This document shows, piece after piece, positions 54,081 to 64,000 of a stretch of 64,000 bases of DNA. Under the pieces are notes generated by a model. The model had not been told where the DNA came from. It made no database searches and worked only from the letters and a program-made list of their open reading frames with translations. How positions within the stretch are numbered: the first letter of the stretch is position 1; each line of letters opens with the position of its first letter. Where the stretch lies: contig OX597815.1 of the NCBI GenBank assembly GCA_951406725.2, forward strand, positions 138,942,001-139,006,000. The letters are read 5' to 3'. The position numbers were made by a program, and so were the translations under genes. Origin of the DNA: Octopus vulgaris (Eukaryota).

Positions 54081-55044
54081 TCTAGATACAGAGGAAAAGG
54101 GAGAAAGGATGAAATCAGCTGAAAGAGATAAAAAATATGTTTTCTCTTCCATTTTTGTCTCTCAGTATAGAAACAGACATACGTAAGTCAATACGTAAGT
54201 TGCATATATGTATACATTAATGTAATTTATTACATAAATTTAGAAATCGTGATATATACATCTACAAAAGAAAATAAGAGTTAAAGATTATATAAAATGT
54301 ACCTGTAAAAGATTTATGCATTTAATATTAAGATTCCTAAAATATATAGAAATGATCTTAACTATAGAGGTAAATCTATGTGTAACAGCTCAGTTAAACT
54401 GATAGTATGGTAGTCTCTAAGGTCAAAGACAGACGGTTCTGATACTTCTTGGTGATCAATCTGCACAAGTGTTTAGGATGCACATTACCACATATTCTCT
54501 ATCAACTCGACATTAACTAAATAGTTGCTCGTGGTAACCACAGAGCATCATCAGATTGATTTGCTCAAGAATACAACGCCTCACCCGATGCAGCAATAAC
54601 CCCCCAACCCAATCTCAGGATCGTGAATGCAAAGCCTAGCCGTTGGGCCATAGGTCCTCACTGGTTAAACTGACAATATAATCCCAGATTTCATTGCACC
54701 TATGTCCATATCATAGTTCCGATCATGAATTCCAGATATGGTAATGGGGAAAAAGACGGAAGTTTGAGAGTTGACATTTCATACTAATCTCCTGTTTGGG
54801 ATCGAACATATGACATTAATCAGCTTTAATGATATCTAGGATATTATATGTACATGGCCGGTGGAGTTTTTCTTACTTTGAGAAGATTTTTCAAATTAAA
54901 GAATAGATCATTCTGAATTATAAGGGATGTGTTTAGCTTTCAAATTGAAAATATATGCAGCAAAGGGTGTAGAATTCTTTAGGGTATCTTTAGGAAATAA
55001 ATGGCAATATGAGTAATATCTTTTTCTGTTTTGAATTTGAAGAA

Positions 55045-55300
55045 GCATAAACTTAGATAAACTTAGATATGTTTCGACCAGAGATTGGTCCAGGCCATGT
55101 CTAACTTAATAGCACCACCTGATAGGATTATTCGAATCCTGTTTAAGTCAAGTTTTGTTCAAGTAGTGAGTTCTTGTTGGGTGAGTTGTATCCAATGATG
55201 GGTGGCTTATCTGGTATTCTTTGAAGGAATCTATCCAGACTCTGTTTGAAGTTGATGGGATCCTTTTCCTCTTTGATCTCCCTCGGGACAATGTTAAATA
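55045..55300 (-). mobile_element. CR1/L2-type LINE 3' end (second copy)
   Basis: High identity to 9015-9425 without the SINE insert. Confidence 0.8.
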
Positions 55301-56550
55301 TAGAATTTAGACCGGGTATGTGTTCTAAAAATAATTTGTGAACCTTAGTTATATTCGCTTTACAATTATATAGATCTTCGAAAAGAAAGAGTTCTTAGAC
55401 GCAGGTAAGAAAGATGTTATCGTTGCTATTGGAAGGAAATGTGTTATTGTTTGTAACATTGTTTATCCTCGACTTTATATAATTTGTATAAGAATCATCT
55501 GTGCTGCATTTACTCATTTTGTTATTTGCCTCAAAATCATATTTATTGCTATTTATATCGCCATAATTATAATTTTATTAATACTCTCAAAACCATTATT
55601 CCCAGACTTATTAGTATTTATGTTTGTGGTAATGTTACTATGTGTAATATTATTGTAATTTCGAAGAATCCTACCCATTCTACGACTAAGATTACAATCG
55701 ATATTATTAGAAGTAATGTAGTCAACAGGACAATTATTGTAAATAATCGAATTTTTGATATATTTAGAATAAATATAATTCAGGTTTAATTTATAGCGAT
55801 TTAATGTTGCTATAATAGAGGCGAAATTAGGCGCGGTTCAATAAGATAGTTTGACGGTTGACTTGTTGAAAACTTTGTAGTACTTGTGTTATCTCTTTCT
55901 GTCCCCCCCTCTCTCTGTGTATATATATATATACATATATATAAATACACACACACATAGACATATATATATATATATGTATATATGAATACAAGTGTAC
56001 GAATATTTTATGGTGTGTCTAGGTTTATATGTTTGTATGTAGGTGTATGCGTAATTAAATTTATATACACTTGTGTGATTGTGTACATATATTTACGCGC
56101 ATAGCTTTAATCTTTATCTCTATTCATTTATATACGCACATAGATAATTTTCACCAGCAGCCCCCATGATATTTTGACACTAGAAATGTTGATAATTTTG
56201 TTAACTCACCCGATCCTACATATTGTATTGTTTAACGTTTTGTATTGTATCAGATTTTATGTTCGTGTATTTGTAAGTGTCTGTATCGATATGAGAATTT
56301 CAATTCATTCACTCTACCAGTCTATCTTTACACACACACATACACACACTCATGTATGATTGCATACGTGTTTATGTCTGCTTTTATATAAATGTGGTTG
56401 TTCTTGTGTGTTTGTACGTTCATATTTCTCACCATATATGCATATGCGCATGCATTTATAAGCATATACATATATATCTGTATATATATTTATATATATA
56501 TATATATATATATATGTGTATGTATGTCTGTATATATATATATATATATA

Positions 56551-56621
<71 letters not shown>

Positions 56622-57232
56622 ACAATATTTACTAAAGTAGAAATTGAAATATCTTGTAAATTTTATAGAAAATGAAAGCTTCCCGTAGGACTCTAACCCA
56701 ACTCTTCTGTAAACATGATAAACTCAAATCTTCTGTAAACCAAAATCATCTGTAAACATGTCAGACGATCTAGCATTATACTAAAAAAATTCCTTCGAAT
56801 GTCCCAATCCATTTTAGAATCGATGTTTTTCATAGCGTGTATTGCATGTTCATTTCGGTATAACTATTTAGAAATTTTGAGAAAATGTGAAAGAATTTGT
56901 TTTGTTAACGGTTTTTCTTTTTTTACGTGTTTCGCTCTCAATAGATATGATTACACTAGTAAAGTTTTATTATAAATAACGCATCATTTACCATTCCTTT
57001 GGTTTTGAGTACACACAGGTTTTAAACATAATTCAAGTTTACTAATCTGTATATCACTGCAATTTAATTGTACATTTAATGGCGTTCGTTTTAATGAAAT
57101 ATGTTGAACACAGTTAAAGTGCGAAACCTGTGTGAATCTATGATTTTCTGCTTTTATTCTAAATATTTCTCTTTCTCACTATATTTAGGTATATATATAA
57201 TATACATCCATCCACCCATCCATCCATATATA

Positions 57233-57293
<61 letters not shown>

Positions 57294-57366
57294 CTATATT
57301 TATGTGTGTGTATATATATATAATATTTATATATACATATATACATATACAGATATGCAAACATAT

Positions 57367-57432
<66 letters not shown>

Positions 57433-58093
57433 GGAATTTCTTATACACCTATTCATTGATGCATTCAAAATGTGAAGTTGAGCTCAAGAAACGTTTGTTA
57501 AATAGAAAGAGAAGGAAACGTGGCAGAGTGAGAAGAGAGAGATGTGAGTAAAAGATTGCATAGAAAAATGAAATACAATCTACGGTTTATTGAAATGTCT
57601 ACAACTTTGAAGTATTTTGTTTACCTTTTATCAATGCAGGTGCAATGATAATTATTGACCTTAGGAGATCGATGACTGCAGACTCAAAGTTACCTTTATT
57701 ATTATATCAGTACAAAGGTTCTCACATTATTACCGTGTAATCTACACACCTTCTGATATTGTACTTCTTTAGCTGGTGGCACATTCGGTACATATTTCTG
57801 CAACATTCAATCTAAGCAGAATATGTAAGCGAGGGACTTTATGGTGGTGACCATTGACTTTATTAAATGTTTTAAATTTAGAAACAGTTTCCGAACGAAA
57901 CTGTGTTTGGTCCTCAGAACTTTTGAATGTCTACAAAAACCTCCTTCTACAGTAAAAGATATGCAGCCTACTATAAAATCTTGCAAAACGCAAATGGTCA
58001 CTACCGCTGTGCAGCTTGATAGAACGGTGGGATTTCAGCATCAGAGATATTCCAGGAATATCCTACAACTTAACAGAAGGTACATACATACAA

Positions 58094-58132
<39 letters not shown>

Positions 58133-58139
58133 AAGATTT

Positions 58140-58540
58140 TTGATGTGAAACCTTGTGTTGAAACAGATATTGTTGTATTTAGGAATAGTCATTTTGCCAG
58201 TTTAGCCAATAAAAACACGCACTATATATTTTGTGTTACTTTGCTTCAGCGTTATTTATTTTTCACATTCATCTTAATGTTATTTCAGCCAGAGTTCTTT
58301 CGTCACACTACACAACACAAAATGGCTGGCCGTTAGTAAGGAGAGACACACAAATAAGAAAGAAGAAAGCAAAGGACCACTGATTAGGTCACAAGAGTGT
58401 GACAAAAGAACTCTGGCCGAAATAATATTAAGATTAATGTAAAACATAAATAACGCTGAAGCGAAGTAACACCAAATATATAGTGCGTGTGTTTTTATTG
58501 GCAAAACTGGCAAAATGACCATTCCTAAATACAGCAATAT
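58140..58540. mobile_element. Foldback element with an HHR-like motif
   Basis: Arms 58167-58309 and 58396-58540; motif CCA-CTGATTA-g-GTCAC..GTGAC-AAAA gaac TC-TGG at 58377-58416; diverged relative at 60445-60620. Confidence 0.75.
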
Positions 58541-58653
58541 ATATATACATATATGGATATATATGTGTATATATATTCATGCATGTATATACGCATATAT
58601 AAACACAGATACAAATACACGTGCGAACACACACACACACACACACACACATG

Positions 58654-58703
<50 letters not shown>

Positions 58704-58744
58704 CATGTATATGTTTGTATCCTAGGAGTGTTTGTCTAGGATAG

Positions 58745-59170
58745 GACTACACAGCCACAGCAGGAAATGTATCAGGACATGAAATGTAAAAGCCGGACTA
58801 GACTACTTTATGCGCAACTCCATTGTCTCCCGAGACAAAAAGGATGCCAACCAATATGTTTGTAATGGAAGGGGTTCTGCGAATCCAGAGAATGTCTTTG
58901 CGGGTGTAAACAGAGGAGAGAACATGAATATAAACATCTGAAAAATGGAAATTCTTGCTATCAGCCATGTAGACATTAGAACTAAGAAGTATGGGGTGAG
59001 TTCAATATTACTGAAGGAAAAAAGTTGGTACAGGTATCCAATTTGACTAAAGAAGCCATAAAATCGGTGTAGTGATAAATTCCATAACAAATGAGTTCGA
59101 TTAAAAAACAAGATCTGGGTAGTATTTAGGAGGTTGAAAGAGGTGCTTTCGAAAGAGGGGCACATTGTAG
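58745..59170 (+). mobile_element. RTE-like LINE RT fragment, heavily decayed
   Basis: Remnants QEMY, MNINI*KMEIL, KLVQVSN and VFRRLKEV occur in the order expected for the RTE RT C-terminal half. Confidence 0.45.
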
Positions 59171-59678
59171 TTCAAATGAATCATATAAAAAGTAATGCTA
59201 TGTCTTATTTTTACGTGTGAGCATAGCACTTACACACAAAAGTTACACCATCAAGAAGCTAAATATTTGTTTGATTTATGATGAGCAGGTTTTTCAATTG
59301 TGAACACATGGTCCGAATTACAATCTTTGTACAAATATTCAGCTTCACCGTTAATGAATACGTGAAACTGTGATTAGCAGTTCAGACAATGAGCAAAAGG
59401 AAAAAAAACCTATATTATGTATAGTATGTATGTATGTAAGTATGTATGTATGTATGTATGTATGTATGTATGTATGAATGTATGTATGTATGTATGTATG
59501 TATGCATGCATGTATGTATGTATGTACGTATGTATGTATGTATGCATGTATGTATTTATGTATGTATGTATGTATGTATATATGTGTGTGCATGTATGGA
59601 TGGATGTATGTATGTGTGTATGTATGTATGTATATATGTATAAATATATGTGTGCGTGTGTGTCTACGTATATATATA

Positions 59679-59857
59679 GGGAGAATTCACAAAAAAAAAC
59701 AAAAGACGAAGTCAGGTAGTATAGACAACAAACAGGTGTGTTAGTATAACGCTCGAGAAGTGAAAAAGTCTTTAACATTTCGAGCCTACGCTCTTCCACA
59801 GAAAGGAACACAGTAAGAAACAAGGAGAGAAAATAAAGAAAGTGTAGTGGCTAACCA
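59679..59857 (-). mobile_element. Short dispersed element with an HHR-like motif (copy 2)
   Basis: Homologous to 18764-18972; motif at 59770-59805. Confidence 0.75.
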
Positions 59858-59935
59858 TATATATATATATATATATATTATATGTGTGTGTGTATGTATG
59901 TATGTATGTATATATGTGCATATATATGTATATAT

Positions 59936-60009
<74 letters not shown>

Positions 60010-60011
<2 letters not shown>

Positions 60012-60338
60012 GGTAAAGACCCCCTTCGGTCATGAATGACATGGGATTGCACCTACCCTCCTAGACACAAGTCTGGGCAAGGTTGTTTATGGAAGACAGC
60101 AGTCGCCCATGCATACCGGCCTCCCCTCTCCATGCCACCAGTGTTATCCAAGGGAAAGACAAAGGTCGATACAGCTTGGCACCTGTGACGTCGCAACTCA
60201 TTTCTACAGCTGAGTGAACTGGAGCAACGTGAAATAAAGTGTTTTGCTGAAGAACACAACACGCAGCCTAGACCGGGATTCGAGCTCACAACCTCACGAT
60301 CGTAAGCTCGACGCTCTAACCACTGAGCCATGCGCCTT
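60010..60338 (-). mobile_element. tRNA-derived SINE, near full length
   Basis: Minus strand GGCGCATGGCTCAGTGGTTAGAGCG...GAGCTCGAATCCC with A and B boxes; homologue of 5354-5683. Confidence 0.9.
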
Positions 60339-61132
60339 CACAGGTGTATTAGGTGTATTATATATATATATATATATATATACATATATATATAAATACA
60401 CATATTTATGCATACATACATGTATACACATATATACTTATATATGGACTAAACAGAACACGTGGGATACAGAGTCGCTGAAGAGGTCACAAGACGTGAG
60501 ACGAAGCATTTCCAGACAATGGACATAAAATAAGAACAATAATAAACAAGTGAAGAACAAATATATAGTGCGTGTGTTAAGCTTGCAAGGACAGAATGAC
60601 CGTCCAGAAGTATAATAGTATATATGTATATATATATATATATATATATTTAGAGGGAGAAAAGGGGAGGAAGAAAGAGAAAGAGTGTATCTACAATTTA
60701 GAATGTTCGACTAAGTATTATAAAGACGAAGGTTCCGCTCATGAAACATTCGGCGTGTTGCGTCCTTAACCAAGCCAATGCATTCCACGTCACCTTAATG
60801 CATTCGTTTGAAATGTGTTGTAGTCAGTTACTAGCGTATTACTCGCTTCCTTAAGCTCTGCATACAACATGTTCCTCTGATTCAAGTTAGGAGCGTAGAA
60901 GTGAACCTTCTGCCTACTCTCAACCTCTAGGTATAAAGTAATTATCTACCAATGATCTAGCCTGCGATAACACATATCATTCTCGTAGTTGACACACGTA
61001 CATACACACTTACACACACATATGTATGTACCTTTGTGTTTGCACTTGTTGGTGGTAGTGTATCTGTGCATATATATGCATATACACACATATATACACA
61101 TATATATACATATAAATATAAATAATATATTA

Positions 61133-61167
<35 letters not shown>

Positions 61168-61178
61168 GTATGTGTGTA

Positions 61179-61350
<172 letters not shown>

Positions 61351-61854
61351 TTCGGATTGATATATGTGTTTCTTTATATGTCTTGCTTGTGTTTGAGAAT
61401 ATGTCTCGTTGTGTGTGTGTGTTTCTATGTGCATATGATGTATATTTTATATTCGGGTATATACAATTTTATTTGACCGTTCATTTTAGAATATGTGTAT
61501 AGCGTGAGCAATAGTCTACGTAAAACCGTGGGAAAAAAATTAAATTAAAAATATCTATATAAAATAAGTTTGTAAATCACGGCATTCATTGAAATGACAA
61601 GAAAGATACGTTAAGCTTCATGACATAAAAAAACTGGTGTGATTGAATAGTATTCTGTTTTTTTCTTTCTCGGAATATACAATGAAAGAGTAATATTTTT
61701 TTGGAAATGTAGTAATAATAAATATGAATTCATAAAGAAGATATATGTAGGCTACAAGCGAAGTCGGGAGAAAATACAAATGATATACGTTTAGACTGTC
61801 GGCTGGAATCTAATTTTTTTTTTCTGCTCGTGCATCATTATTAAAAGAGATGAT

Positions 61855-61912
<58 letters not shown>

Positions 61913-62675
61913 CATACGTATATAGATATATACAAATACACAAACTTATATGTATTTGTGTCTATGTATGCATATGCATACATGCACACACACACGTATA
62001 TATATATATATATATATATATATTCATGTACACACGTATATATGTGCTGGTATGTGTGCTTGAATGAGAGTATTTATACTGTATATATACGCACAGATAT
62101 AGACACATAGACACATATAGCAGCAGGCATAGGCACAAGCATACGTACACAGTTATTTTAAAACATGTACTTCATATAGCTATGATTTACTCTTGTCATT
62201 TGACAATTGATTATATCCAACTGATTTTATTTCAGATTTTCTTTCATTTCTTTTATAGTGAAAGTTTCAAATGATTATTTATGTTTGTTTCAGAATTATT
62301 CTTTCCATTTCAAAGTAGTCTTCTTCAATGAAATCCGGGTAACTTATTTCTACCGTTGTGTCATAAATTGCGCAACATAATCACCAATAGTGAAATGTTT
62401 CTGAAAGTCTGTAGGAAAGAAAGGAGCAGTTATATTATACTGGATATCAATGGGAAAAATGTAACCTGCAGCAATTCCTGAAAACAGGTATACGTACACA
62501 CGCGCACACACACAAACATACACACTGACACGCACGCACACACCCACATATGCATACGCACACGCATGCGTGCACACACACACACACACACACACACGCA
62601 TATATTTCTGTGAAAGAAGTTTGGCTCTGAACTATATGGTTCCGAATCCCACTGTGTGGCACCTTCGGCAAGATC

Positions 62676-62815
62676 CTTGTTACTTCAATTTAAGTACGGA
62701 ATTCAACTTAATCTTAATTATATATACGTATATATACGTAATTCAACTTAATCTTAATTATATATATATATAATTAAGATTAAGTTGAATTACGTACTTA
62801 AATTGAAGTAACAAG
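62676..62815. repeat. Near-perfect palindrome centred on (TA)n
   Basis: CTTGTTACTTCAATTTAAGTACG..AATTCAACTTAATCTTAATTA and its reverse complement; left arm partly duplicated. Confidence 0.9.
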
Positions 62816-62893
62816 CCAGTTCGGTATAGTCCACACTGCTCCAAGTTATGTGGACAGGATGTAAATAAGTAACAAGGATGTCCAGGTATCAAT

Positions 62894-64000
62894 ACACTAC
62901 GTGCGTTTCGAGCGACTCCAGTTAATCGATCAATGAAGACATTACATCAATTTGAAAGAAACCGCTCCCTTCGGAATTAGATGATCATATATAGCTTCAG
63001 TGTAAAGAATAAACCATGTTTGACAAATTTATATCTACTTAGAAGGTTTTATACAACCACGTAGAATTAAACCCATCGGGAGTTGTCAACGGTGTTCTAA
63101 TTGATAGTGATTAATCAATTAATGTCAGACAATCTTTCAGAACCTTATTTTTATGGAATCATGTATCTAGCGTTATTTACATAAAAGGATATGTATCAGA
63201 GCTGCTAGTAAGAGAATCATTGATGGGGCAGAGGTGATAACTAGGAGACGGAAGGGGTGGGCAAGACTTATATTATAAATGAAAGGAGAACATAATGAAA
63301 AATGCAAAAGTGATTAGTAATATAAGCTCTAAGGGTGGGAATTACGATTGAGGGATACAGGATGTAGTAATTCTTAATTTTGTAAATTCATTATCTTAAA
63401 TATATAAAATCAATTTTTAATCAGTATATAGGAAAAGGATAGAAACTAAACCTAAAACCTAACAATGGGTTTAAGAAAGCCCATAAGGCCTTTAATTGCA
63501 AGAACTACGAAAACTTATGAAAAGATATAAGAATGTATAAAAATATCCCATGTATATTACAAGGAAAAATGCGAGCACGAGAAGTCATAAGATTATAAAC
63601 ATGGAAAAGTACAGGACAAGTTATTACACCTGTAAAAGTATAGGGCAAGCTATTACTTCGAGTAAAGTAAAGAATAATAAACTTGGTGTCACAATTTCTG
63701 AATTAAGGAATGCTCACCACTCCTATATCTCCAATCCCACTATTTTCTTCTGTACTCTCTAAATAATAGTAAGCTTAATAGGATATGCATTTATTTCTAA
63801 ACTCATTCTGCTACAAATATAACATAGAAGAAACAATGTAATTATTTTGGTTCCTAGAATTGATAACTTTGTGAAAAATGATTTATCCTTTATGCTGGAA
63901 ATATATATGGTCATCTACGCCTGAGGAGAGCGGTTTCTTTCAAACTGATGTACTGTTTCCATTGATCGATTAAATGGAGCCACTCGAAACGGCTGTTGTG
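62894..64000 (+). mobile_element. Penelope-related fragment with inverted HHR-bearing termini
   Basis: 62894-63040 is inverted relative to 63860-64000; ORF 63550 (HKIIN..YRTSYYTCKSIGQAITS) resembles the PLE KIFN..VKLSYST block. Confidence 0.65.
63917..64000 (+). ncRNA. Type I hammerhead ribozyme (stem I cut by the window edge)
   Basis: ACGC-CTGAGGA-GAGCGGTTT...GAGCCACTC-GAAAC ggct GTT-GTG. Confidence 0.7.

Noticed and set aside
60255-60338. tRNA genes at SINE heads (also 5354, 19197, 23337, 27250)
   Set aside because: A and B boxes are present, but no complete cloverleaf could be formed and each continues into a shared SINE body.

Overview
AT-rich eukaryotic DNA, extremely dense in microsatellites, with no intact host protein-coding gene that I can support. 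The SINE families and repeat landscape resemble an octopus or other cephalopod genome (inference). Almost all ORFs in the supplied track are translations of (TA)n, (CA)n, (TATC)n or (ATT)n tracts. The real coding remnants are transposon-derived: two full-length mariner elements in inverted orientation (32570-33859, 38008-39273), a Tc1 fragment, several Penelope-like (RT and/or GIY-YIG) fragments, CR1-like, RTE-like and RLE-type LINE fragments, a short non-autonomous Helitron and many tRNA-derived SINEs. The most striking feature, invisible in the ORF track, is a set of more than a dozen hammerhead-ribozyme (HHR) or HHR-like motifs. They lie at the ends of Penelope-like fragments and inside short, often palindromic, (TA)n-flanked elements. 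They include canonical minimal type I motifs, recurrent non-canonical cores (G3-C8 swap, A6U, an extra nucleotide after A9) and a family with apparent type II topology. All structures were paired by eye; none was computed or tested, and coordinates may be off by a few bases.
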